A stretch of 64,000 nucleotides of DNA, taken from assembly GCF_003704095.1 (NCBI RefSeq), contig NW_020844494.1, forward strand, positions 682,001 through 746,000, in the 5' to 3' direction. Positions 38,860 through 50,552 of the stretch are shown here, piece by piece (position 1 is the first letter of the stretch; each line of letters opens with the position of its first letter). A model generated the notes under the pieces. It saw only the letters and a program-made list of their open reading frames with translations, was not told the origin of the DNA and did not search any database. Origin of the DNA: Pocillopora damicornis (Eukaryota). The translations under genes and the position numbers were made by a program.

Positions 38860-40968
38860 ATGTTAACGGAGCTTTTCAGTGGAATCATGATGACTTTGCC
38901 TCTGCTCGTCATCCTTCATTCTGCGCAGCCTGGTGTACTATCTTCCATAAACAACTGTTTAACAGGAGGATTCTTCTTCGCTTCAGGAAGAAACATGATA
39001 AACAACTATGCCCTTCGGGGTCACCTGTTACGTCAGATGACTGTAACACAGCCAATCAGATGCTTTGAAAAGTGCCAGTCTGACTGTCGGTGCATCTCGT
39101 TCAATTATCTGACCGATGTGAATAAAAATAACTGCGAGCTTAATGAGGAAAGTAGGTATACCAATTTCAGTGCGTTGAAGCCTCTAGAGGGATCGCAGTA
39201 CTACGATCTAATCGTCAGCTATGATATTAGGGTAAGGAAAGCTTAAGGTGATTCCTCAATACTACACACTGCATCCTGTACTTCGCAGATTTCGAAATCA
39301 CATAATCAGGCGAATAAGCGCGCGTGCATTCCGAGAACACGGTCGTGTTTTTCAATTAATAGACCAAGCAAAGAGGTACGATGGTCCTTAGCTCTTGAAC
39401 GAACACGGTGACCTACATTTTTTATTGCTTAATTTTGGTGTACAAATCATCTCCTTTAAAGTGGAGAAATTAAAAAAAAATTCAGTGAAGGAAAGAAAGA
39501 TATAGCTTAAAACGGCACGAAGCCTGCGGTTACTTCAGGATGCATATTATGACCTTGGAAGCAACGAATCGAGGAAAGTTTTGAGGAATTTTTAGTGCTG
39601 TTCCTGCGAGTCAAGTTTCACTTAAACGACCATAATTGGTACAGGAAAAAAGTGGTCGCTTGATGGACGTAGTCTCCGAAGAGAAAAAGTCACTACAAAA
39701 AGCCTTGCAAAAACTGATTAGAGGAGGTTTTAACTTTTGTTTTCTACAATGCATTGTGACAAAATTGTTTGGGGATTAAAAGTAACCTTGAAATAGCTGA
39801 AATGGAAAACTCTTCTTCCAAGTCTCCAATATCACTATGTTTCACATGCCATTTTAGGTCATGAACTTATTCTTTGAAACATAACTTTTCTTTTTTTATG
39901 TTTTTACCCTTTGGTTCTGAATAAACAAATTTGTCTAGACAAACGTCCCCTTGGCTGAGTGTTACAATGGATGTTGTGCAACTCAGACCTGCTTTAACGG
40001 TGGAACATGTCACGAGACTTGTGACGTCACAGGCAAGCGATTCAAGTGTTCATGCAAGCCAAACATCGTTGGAAAGTTCTGTGAAACTGGTAAGCTTAGT
40101 ACTCTAGGTTTATATGAGGTTCTTAGATCGACATTGTTTCAACTTCCGTGGCATTTGAATGTCAATTATTACTGCAAATCCTTACATCCGATTGGAGGTT
40201 ATCGCTAACGAATAAACCACACTCCCTCGAACATTTCTTTTGTATCGAAAATAGAAAGAAAAAAGTAAATCATCGATTGGAAGCGATGAAGAGCTGTTCG
40301 AGACAAATTGGGCCTCATTAGCCTGGTATCGCTAACATGATGATTTTAAGTTCCTACATAAGAGATGTAAGGATGTGGTCTCGGAAGGCTGGAACAACTT
40401 TGTATGCCCTCGAATTAGAACGCTACCTTCATATTTTCTTTTGGTAATAAAGACTTAGAACCAATATACCATAATTACCATTGGTGCATGCACATTCTGT
40501 TGTTACAGCACACCATGTCATCATTTGACTGCTTACACAACAACTAACACAGTGTCACTTTCCACAGCCACATGCTCCACTCCTGGCTGGCTCAGAGTTA
40601 ACAATTCATGCTATAAGGAGTTTAATGAACAGGTAAACTGGTTCACTGCTCAACAAGCGTGTCAAAACTTGAACAGCAATCTTACATCCATTCATTCAGA
40701 TGCAGAAAACAAGGTTATTCGGGAAAAGGTTGCATCATCAATTTATTCAAGATACTGGATTGGACTTAACAACTTAAGAAACAACTCCGTGTTTGAATGG
40801 AATGATGGATCTTCTGTGTCATTCACTAAATGGTATCCTGATGAACCAAATAATAGCGGAGACGAAAATTGTACTGAGGTCGTGGATAACGTCGCTGGCG
40901 AATGGAATGATTTGAACTGTTATACTCATTACAGGAGTTACGTCTGTGAAAAGCAATGGAACCTTTGA
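38860..40968 (+). CDS. Secreted PAN/apple-like + EGF + C-type lectin protein, 3 exons
   Basis: Exons 38860-39231, 39939-40089, 40568-40968 (phases 0 and 1). Signal peptide; CFEKCQSDCRCISFNY...NCELNE (PAN-like); CFNGGTC...FKCSCKPNIVGKFCE (EGF); CTLD with WIGL, EPN and WND. Confidence 0.88.
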
Positions 40969-43921
40969 AGTCTTTCACTTTGAAGAACTTTACTTTTGAT
41001 CACGATGCTCTCTTGTTTCAAGCCATGAATTTTATCTCTGTAGGATGTAAAATATCTCTCTTTATACTGAGAGAAGATGAGACCCCCATCTACCAAAGCC
41101 CAAGAAGGACATTGCACAGTGTCAGTAAATTTAGCTACTTTTAAAATTCACCTGATCTTGTCAGGAATGGGTTGATAATGAGCTAAATTAAAAGACGGAG
41201 TGACATGAAGGGCTAGAGGAGCGTTTAGCTCCACTGGGTGAGAAAAATCTGCTCAAACCCATTGGAAACATTACATTTGTAGTTTATACTTTGAGTTTAT
41301 CTTATCGCTCATGTAATTTCAGTGCACCGTAATGATTTCTCCAAATATACGAGAAGTCAGTCTTTGAGATCTCAGAGCCAAGTCCTTCTCAGAAAAATAA
41401 TGTAGTCAGACATCCCTCCATATTTCTCGACAAAAATGACCAAATAAAAAAAATTTAAATCACGCTCTCATTTTTATTCTCTGGTTAAGAGAATTGCAAA
41501 GATCTTCGATTTCGTGTTGGCCTTTGAAAATTAATTACTATAGATGCTCTTTCATAGTCAAGGGTTTCGCCTGAGAGGAACAGTCCATCGTATAATGTTA
41601 GTCCAGGTGGGATGAGAGTCGTCCTCAAAATAATTATGAGCCATTATCTCTGAAAAATAAACTGACGTTTCGACAACCTGACCTCCATCATATGGTTAAT
41701 TGAGGAAATGCGTGGTGTTGGGGATAATTCGTGATAATGCTTTACTTTTCAACAAACGTTCAACACACTTTCACGAACTAAGTCAAAATTCTCTATTCAA
41801 CGCTTTCCGAGCTCAAAAATAATCTTCACTCCCATTCTAAAAAGTTTCACTGACTCCATCAAATGACAGGCCGTCATTTCGACATATATAACAGGCTCTT
41901 ATCTGTGAAGGGAGGGATTTTTCCACATGGCAACAAGTACTAAGCTTTTCGCCATCACTGCCACAACGGATGATACTCCATTGATAACGGAAACTGTTAT
42001 GTTCGCGATAAAAACGTATAGAGGTACATCGAGGTTGATTTCAAGGTAGTAACAGTTCCTATGGAGGGAATGATTTAGCGAATTCCTAGCTTCGTAAAAG
42101 CTGTAGCTGTTGTTTATTTCTGTACTTTATGTCTCTTAATTAATGTTGATAACAATTGTCAACGGTGAGCAAGTCGACTTTTCAAAACCCATAACCACCT
42201 TGAATGTTCTAGCTTTGAAAAAAAGCCTCTGAACTCTACGAGTTGACAAGCAAAAAACTTCTCATCCTCATTGTGTTTGTACCTTTAATTAAATTTGCAA
42301 TTATCTTTGTAAGTGCGCTTTATTTCACTACCTTGCCTCAGTCAAAACAAATATTCTCCTTATTTTCACCAGGTGTTTTGTCGACAGCGCGTTTGAGGAA
42401 TTTCATTGAAGACTGAAAACTATTTGATCGATGTCGTTTTTTATATATGCCTTTACGAGTTATCTGTTTTTTGTTTAGGAGAACTTACCGCACTATTGAC
42501 GGGGCCTTCGAACATGTGTGAAACATCAATTAGGGAGGTACGAATGAATTATTTGCCGAAGCTTCGATAGCGAAAAGACAGCCCTAGTTAAATATTATTT
42601 CAAGTTCGATAAAGGTTTATTAGAACAAAATAAACTGATATGAAAACTTAAGAGGAATTGGCAAAATACACCTTTCAAGGTGACAAAACAATTTGGCTTA
42701 TTTTCTTATAGATAGGAATGCCTCTTTGAAAATTTCCATTAACTTTCATTTCTAAAGCAGGAAATTAAGTTAAATTATGTTTGTTTGATTGGAAAATGTA
42801 TCCTTTTGAGAAAGTGAAGGTTGAAAAACAAACCAAGATATTGATATTTGTATTAATGATCTTATTCTTTGGAAACATTGTTACTCGGTAGTAAAAATGG
42901 AAAACACTATTTGCTGCAAATTTTGAATAATAACCAATGGTACATTGCTCTTTGAGAAAGCAAGTGAGGAATGTACTAAGAGAACAGTTTAAAAGAAAAC
43001 AGTTAATTAACTTTGAAGNNNNNNNNNNNNNNNNNNNNNNNNNNNNNNNNNNNNNNNNNNNNNNNNNNNNNNNNNNNNNNNNNNNNNNNNNNNNNNNNNN
43101 NNNNNNNNNNNNNNNNNNGAGGAATGTACTAAGAGAACAGTTTAAAAGAAAACAGTTAATTAACTTTGAAGAAGAGAAACACTTACAAAAGGTATTTATG
43201 GGCAGCAAGAAAATCTAAAACAAATACAAATAACATTTTTTGACAAATTTCATTTAAATTTTTCGCGAACGTGATCGTATTTTGCTGGTGTCTGTGTGGG
43301 CTTGAATTGAAAAAGAGAAAAGAAAAGATCTTGTCGAGAGAGGGATTGATATGACAAAAATCTGCGGGTATTACTGCGTCTAGTTTAAGAAATCAGAAAC
43401 ACAAAGAATGCAAATTTAACACACTCATAAAATAGTCAGACAACTGCACCGTAAACGATCGATATTCCCAGGCTTACAGTGTGAGATAATCAATTATAGT
43501 TCCCAATCTTTTACCAAGATTGCCTCGAGAGTTTGGTTACTGTTTGTATCTAGCTGACAACTTCTCTTGGTTGAAATCCCGGTTCCTGAACCTACGAGCC
43601 ATTACTGTGCTGGAGATAATTATTTTAACAAAGTTTGAAAACGGAGCAAAGTGACAGTTTGAGCCAAAGGGAAATAAATTACAGAAAAACTTCTAGTTCG
43701 CCGTTTGCAATCCTTTTCAATCCTCCTCCTTTTAAACTATATCTCTTTCCTCTCTTTCTCTTTTTTTTCCCTTTTTTTCCTTTGAACGAAATATTGAATT
43801 TGAATGGACGGATGTGGGGGAGGAGGTTGTGAATGACTGTCCCCCACGTACTCTGTCTGAAAATTCAACTTCTTGACATTAAACCAACACAGTTTCAGTT
43901 CTCCAAGTCACTAATCAATAC

Positions 43922-44884
43922 TTATCGGCTACCTTTGCAACTTTTCAAAAGTCTGAAGACAGCTCTCCGTATTTCCCGCATTCTACAGCAGTAAAATATT
44001 GGATTAAGAGATGAATTGATGTACACAATGGTGACTGCGACACCAAGTATCAAATGCAAGTCTGTTGTGATCTTACCTTCTATCGTTATGGCAACAAAGC
44101 ACCAGAAAAGTGGAGTGTAACATATCAGGTACAAGGCGAACAGGTATGTCATGGTTAGAGCTGTCCTAGCTCTCGATGTCACTTCCAGGTTTCTGACCTG
44201 ATTGGATGTCACGTTACGGTTGATATCCCGGATCGCTTTCTTGTGATGACGCGCTAAGAGAAGAATTCTCAAATGCAAATAGCAATTTAGTACCAGAAGC
44301 AACGGGATGATCACGTGCGCAAGTAAACCCAAACCTGATTCTACGAATCGCGACAGTGCTGAAGGTGAAGTGAAGATCCAACAGGAAAGCACAACAAATA
44401 ACACACGATTCTTTGTAACAATGGCTTCGTACCTCAGTGGATACATTAAGCAAGTGTATCGTTCCACACTTAGACAAAACAAATTTAGAAATGTCGCACC
44501 AGCCCCAATAGCACCAAATGTCTCAGACATGAACCACAGGAAGCAAGCTCTGGAAAGATTCACGTTTCCAAACCCCACCTTGACCATAAAACTGGTTTGC
44601 GAAAACAGCCCCACAAAGAGATCTGAGGTGATTAACGAACAAAGCAGACCATTCTTCGGTGAATGTAGTGCTGGAGTTCGTATAATAGCGCACAGAACAA
44701 AAATATTGAATGTGATTGCTGTCGTCGACGTTACTGCATTTGCAGTGATGAGGAGAATGGCAATTTCTCGCTTGTACCAGGAAACATCGGCTTCCAGATC
44801 TAGAAATGTACAATGCTGCACAAGATCTGCAGTTTGATTTCCTGAGGGCGGTAACCCAGCTCTACTTTGGTTAATTGATAGCAT
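43922..44884 (-). CDS. Intronless rhodopsin-like (class A) GPCR, orphan
   Basis: 320 aa with seven hydrophobic segments; SDLFVGL (TM2), SVERY (TM3), CYTP (TM6), NSSLNPIFY (TM7). Confidence 0.92.
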   Translation of the reverse strand: MLSINQSRAGLPPSGNQTADLVQHCTFLDLEADVSWYKREIAILLITANAVTSTTAITFNIFVLCAIIRTPALHSPKNGLLCSLITSDLFVGLFSQTSFMVKVGFGNVNLSRACFLWFMSETFGAIGAGATFLNLFCLSVERYTCLMYPLRYEAIVTKNRVLFVVLSCWIFTSPSALSRFVESGLGLLAHVIIPLLLVLNCYLHLRILLLARHHKKAIRDINRNVTSNQVRNLEVTSRARTALTMTYLFALYLICYTPLFWCFVAITIEGKITTDLHLILGVAVTIVYINSSLNPIFYCCRMREIRRAVFRLLKSCKGSR

Positions 44885-45387
44885 AAGAATTTATACATAA
44901 GCGTAACTTGAATTATAGGAGCTTATTCTCTCTCGTTGTAGTACAAGAACAGCATGGAAACTTTGTAAATTCTTCGCGGAAAAGAAACTAATGCACTGAT
45001 TTGAAAGAAACGATTATGTTAAATATAGATTGTGCAATGTTTACAGTCGAAGTGTCATATTTCAAATATATTTTCGTAAAAGTAAATGAAAGTCCGCTAT
45101 GTTTGTTTTTCACCAAACATCTACTTCCTTTTTCAATCAATAGTGAAGTATTTTAATAACTTTATACCGCATAGCTAAAAGATTATTTACACTCAGAAAA
45201 ATCGAACAGATGGAGTTTCACACGATTCTCACAAAATACGAGGACGATTTTTTGTAAATTTCGTCTGTTGCTTACGATATTAAATTAAAGTTGACCTTCG
45301 AGAATTTTCCACCCATAGCTTTGGATCTTAAGAAATAGGAAAAAAAATCAGTGGCGAATTGTGATTTGAAGAGGATGTGGCTTCCAT

Positions 45388-46045
45388 TTCTTCTTCTTCT
45401 TCTTCTTCTTCTTCGTCTTCTCTTCTTCTTTTTCCTCTTTTCNNNNNNNNNNNNNNNNNNNNNNNNNNNNNNNNNNNNNNNNNNNNNNNNNNNNNNNNNN
45501 NNNNNNNNNNNNNNNNNNNNNNNNNNNNNNNNNNNNNNNNNNNNNNNNNNNNNNNNNNNNNNNNNNNNNNNNNNNNNNNNNNNNNNNNNNNNNNNNNNNN
45601 NNNNNNNNNNNNNCTACTTTTTCCTCTGCTTCTGCTTCTGCTTCTTCTTCTTCTTCTGTTTCTGCTTCTTACTTTTATTCTTCTTCTGATTCCTCCTCTT
45701 ATTCTTCCTCTGCTTCTACTTCTTCTTCTTCTCCTTCTTCTTCCTCTTCCTCTGCTTCTGCTTCTGCTTCTTCTTATTATTATTCATCTTCCTATTTTTC
45801 TTCTTCCTCTTCCTCTGCTCCTTTTTCTTTTTCTTCTTTTTCTCCTTCTCCCACTTCTTCTTCTTCTTATTTTTGTTCTTGTTCTTCTTTTTCTTTTTCT
45901 TCTTTTTCTTCTTTTTCTCTTTATTCTTCTTCTTCTTACTCTTTTTCTTCTTCTTCTTCTCTTTTTTCCTATTTCTTCTTCTTCTTCTTTTTCCTATTTC
46001 TTCTTATTATCATTCTTTTCCCTCTTTTTCTCTTTCTCTTTCTTT
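45388..46045. repeat. Degenerate (CTT)n / polypyrimidine microsatellite spanning an assembly gap
   Basis: Sequence is almost entirely C/T with CTT periodicity. Confidence 0.95.
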
Positions 46046-47046
46046 TACAATTTTTATTTTTAATTCTTGGTGGTCATACATCTAATTACTACAATTACAT
46101 TTTTCATTATCCCTTCGAGTCCACATGTGACTTTACACAGGGCTGATGCGCATGCCATGTTAGTGAACGGATGAGATGGAGGGGTTAGTAATGCAAGTGC
46201 GCTGTCAATCAAAGATTGAATGAAGTGAAACTCAAAACGATCAGGACTCACCCCTAATCTTTGTGTATGCATGTTTTCCTTTTATCAAAAGCAATTTTTT
46301 TGCCTCACTTTGGGAACCCGTGCACCATTCAGAAAAATGGCCCACAACATACCTTTATAATTATGCAGATCTTTAAAAACAATGAATGTTAACACAAGGA
46401 AAATTTGCATTTGAATCGTTAGAAAGGATGAGTGCAGATTTACTGAACAAAAGCCTTGCACACTAACACAATAAATTTTTAAATTACAAAACTGTAAAGG
46501 AAAAAAGAGGTGACAATAGATACAAAGTTCTTCCTTAAATTTTGACGTGCAATAAATACGATATTTCATCATCTTATTCAGTGCGTGCTTAACCAAAGGT
46601 GAACCTATTGTTTCCGTTTAAAGTACTTTTGCGCGTCAATTTATCGCTTTCGCATTCGACTATTGTCATACTAACGTCCCAAGAGCTAAAAGCTAATTTT
46701 CGTCATTGAAAGCATTACTTGATGTCCAAAATTTGGCGTCAGTTTGCTCTAATAGAACAGGTTTTCGTTCGCACGTAAGCTGACGAAAAAAAATGAATAT
46801 TCATCAACGTTTTATTTGGTTCTTGTAAATTCAGAAAGATTAATCTAGCAATACGACAGCTTTTTGTTTCTTTTGAAAAACCACCTGCAGAGAATACTCA
46901 GAAGTCGAGCTTCGCGGCGAAAACTAAATCGACATTTGTGAGGAACGAAGTATGAAGCGTTGTTTTGAGCCGAGTCAAGCTCAACATTTCTTATTCTCTG
47001 AAATTTGTTTGGTATTTCCTCAGAATTTCTTTGGACTCATCCATCG

Positions 47047-48390
47047 ATGAAAATACGTCGAGTTTACGAACAACTTTTGAAGCAAGAAAAGCGAACAGTC
47101 CTCCGATTGAAGTGTCTTTCTGGAGCAACAGCCTTTATTGTCTTCGCTGTGTTTCTCACAACGTTTCTTAGCTCAGAAGTCGTTCGGAAAATTGCTAAAG
47201 GTTTTAGTTTTGAGGAAGGTGGCTGCGTTGTACAAGAATCATATTTTACTGGTAGCAATGTTACCTGCGCATGTGGAATGCACACTTGTTTTAGCCTCTA
47301 TCCTTGTTTACGGATCTTGGTAAAAATGACTGCGAAACGGACTGAAGATGCTGAAACATCTACGCCAGTCCTTCTGCATAACACCATTTACGATATGGGA
47401 TCTGAAGTAAGTCAATGGATGCCTGTTCTTCTGAGTTAAGATAATTTTGCGTCTACGCACGGTTAATTATTGTTCACAGAGTTGAATAATACGTGGTAGA
47501 AAACGGATCACAGTGCTTTAAAGAGCATGTAGAATGAAACTCCCAGGCTTAAAGGAATTCCTAAACTTGAAAACAATTTACGTATGAAAGGATTTTCAAA
47601 ATTTTTTCGTGTCAGCTTCATATGCCAACGCCAAGACAATTTAAACAAATAATCGAACGGAAGACAGCCTAAAGAAGTACATCGATCCCAAGTTTTAAAG
47701 ACAAAAACATATCTACAAGACTCTAAAACCGTTCAGTCCAAAAAAATTTCAACTTGATATCTAAATTATGAATTGAAAAAGTGCAACTAAAGTTCAAACA
47801 CCAATTTTCTAGACCTTCTTTCAACAAGGAACTGCAAATTGGCTAGACTATCCCGTTTGTTTACAATATAACCTCAGACGATTTATGCAAAAGTATAATC
47901 ACTCGTGGTGTTTCATTATGTTAATTAGAAAACAAAATACTATCTGTTCGCGATAGCTTGCTTTAGTTTTTAAGAGCCGCTTCCTTCGTAATAATTTATG
48001 AATCATTGATGTTGATGTTTTCTTCAATTTCAGTGTACCTACGGGCCTCCTTGTGAGCCAAATATCACCAACAACTTCGCTTCTGTGCTCAAATACAAAA
48101 ACTCCAAGGGACAGCGGGATCACCTGTTGCAGTGTTACTTTAACCCGAATGATCCCACAGAGGTGATATTAGACAAAAGTGCACATGAAATGATTGCGTT
48201 TCACGCCATGTTTTGGCCATGTTGCGCATTTATAATCGGTCTGTGTATTCTGCTGAAGACATATTACATGAGGAAAGCTCACAAAAAGCAGGATGTTGTA
48301 AAGCCACAAGACATTGAACTTGGAGAGACACATCTCACCTCTAATAACAACGTTTATAATTATCCTTTCGTCAAAAGTCTTGCAGACTAA
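47047..48390 (+). CDS. Calcium-activated (BK) potassium channel beta-subunit-like protein, 2 exons
   Basis: Exons 47047-47406 and 48034-48390 (phase 0). Two TM helices flank a Cys-rich loop with YPCLRILV, ECTYGPPC, QCYFNPNDPTEVIL and FHAMFWP, all KCNMB hallmarks. Confidence 0.82.
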
Positions 48391-50552
48391 CAGAAGAGGT
48401 GTATCATATTATGTCATGCGAAAAATAAATTGTAAAGCAGAAATTTAATAATCTCGGAGCATTGAGTATATTTCATTTTGTCTGTTTTAGTTCCGGTTGT
48501 TCGTCTAAACCTAAGAGACCAATGAAGAGATTTTTATGAAACCTTAGAGTTCCCTCTCGGCCCTGAACTCTTCCTTCTTTTGTTAGCGCAAGAGTAAGAT
48601 CGCGGAAATAGTAGGATATCAAGGGCACCGCGGTTCAAGCATCTCGTTGCAGCCTAAGTGTCCCTTAAATGCATCCATTGTTCGAGGTTCAAAACACTGA
48701 CATCCCAATCGAAGTCCCATTCGCTGTTAGCGATAAGAAAGGAACCAAAATATTGACCGTAAACTTCAATATTCTCATTGTATATTGTTTCTTTGATTCG
48801 TATATATAACTTTGATCCATTTATTACTCCAGTTTTTTTCATATGCTTTTTAAATAATTNNNNNNNNNNNNNNNNNNNNNNNNNNNNNNNNNNNNNNNNN
48901 NNNNNNNNNNNNNNNNNNNNNNNNNNNNNNNNNNNNNNNNNNNNNNNNNNNNNNNNNNNTAACTTTGATCCATTTATTACTCCAGTTTTTTTCATATGCT
49001 TTTTAAATAATTTGTGACGATAGTTTTTCTCCCCAAACTGGAGAACTGAATCTTCGCGGACGGAACAATAACAACTGGGGGAAATAATTCTGTAGAGACG
49101 ACTTGGCAGCGAGAACGGAAACTCGTCACGATTTCCTGGTACACGGAGACCCACTTCGAGCGAGCTTATACGGACGTCAAGGATAAGACAATCTTTGGTT
49201 CCACAGTACTTTTATTCTAGGTCAGGCCAACAAGCGACATGACCTCCAGCATACTCTAGTTTGTAATCATCAAAGCTGTACGAGGTACTTGCTTAAGAAC
49301 TAACTGGTGTGAGGTGCTATTGTTACACAAATCGTAATATTTGAATAAGGACACAAAGGAGCGGAAAAAAGTCTTTGAGGTTAAACGAAAACTACTTAAA
49401 TATTCCATCTGTTTCAACGACGGAAAGAATCTCAAAATTAAAAAGACGGATGTAATAAACTCTATTAAAGTAGGAAACTTAGGTGCGAATTTACAGCTCT
49501 GGTATAGAAAACAATACCTATCTTAATTGCAGTAGCGCAGCTCAGGAAATAGAAAACGGAAAAGCAATGAAAAGTTTCTGCTTATTTACGCAAGATTGGT
49601 TTGGAAACCATTGCATGAAAAGAAATTAGATTTACGCGTTTAAACTCAGCTGCTATCTACCATGAAAACCAATGTTTCCAGAAAGACCATTAACACTTAT
49701 ATTTACCTAAAAAAACCCATGTAATAAATGACAAAAGTGCCGACAAGCAGGTGCATATGATGAAAGCGAGTAACAACAAAAATCTATTCAAAAGCTACTG
49801 TGGTTTTTTTATGCATTTTTTGATTTATTAAAATGAAAGGACTCGAAATGGTTAAATGTGAAAGTTTACGAATGAATATGTACCGAATAACACACACGGG
49901 AAAATCAATGAATTTTCCCGTAACAAATTTCGTTTTCATTAATTATTTTAATAATTCGTCAATATTTTAAAATGATAAATCTCTTTAAAAAAATAACCTT
50001 AAATAATTATCATTATTATTATCATTATCATCATTATTGTGATAGGTGAATATTTATAAGGTCATCAATAGTTTAGTTCTCGATAAGCTTTACACTAATT
50101 AGTGCTCTTTGTATTAAAAAGAATAGTTATAATAGAAGAGATCTATTTAGAAATAAAGAAAATCCTGGGGACAGCAGATTGTTAGAGAGAAAATCCTCCT
50201 TAAATACCTTCGTCCAGAGAAGCAGCGATGCAACGCGATAGTGAATTATCCCCGTTGTCAGTTCAAATGCTGCCCATATGTAATTTACAAAATTATCTTG
50301 AAAAACAATACGAAGGCAAAAGTCGACCATTTTTCACCTTTTCGGGACTAAGTGATCTAATGCAGTGGGAAGAAGTTGTTTATACAGAGTCTGAGCGAAA
50401 TGAATGATTCCATGAGGACTTACAAGCTAGGCAACACAGGAACAATAATCAGTGATTTTTTTAAAAGTTTGCATTTATCTCTGTCTAAGCAATTGCTGTC
50501 CTTTTTAACAGTTCTTTTCAATGTACTTGTACACATTTTCGCTAGTCTTTCT

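Noticed and set aside
42966-43171. Direct repeat flanking a 100-N gap
   Set aside because: Identical sequence on both sides of the gap indicates an unmerged contig overlap (scaffolding artefact).
45377-46063. 228-aa poly-Leu/Phe ORF
   Set aside because: Translation of a CTT microsatellite plus Ns.
48807-49012. Direct repeat around an N gap and the 166-aa ORF crossing it
   Set aside because: Same overlap artefact; the ORF is inflated by Ns.
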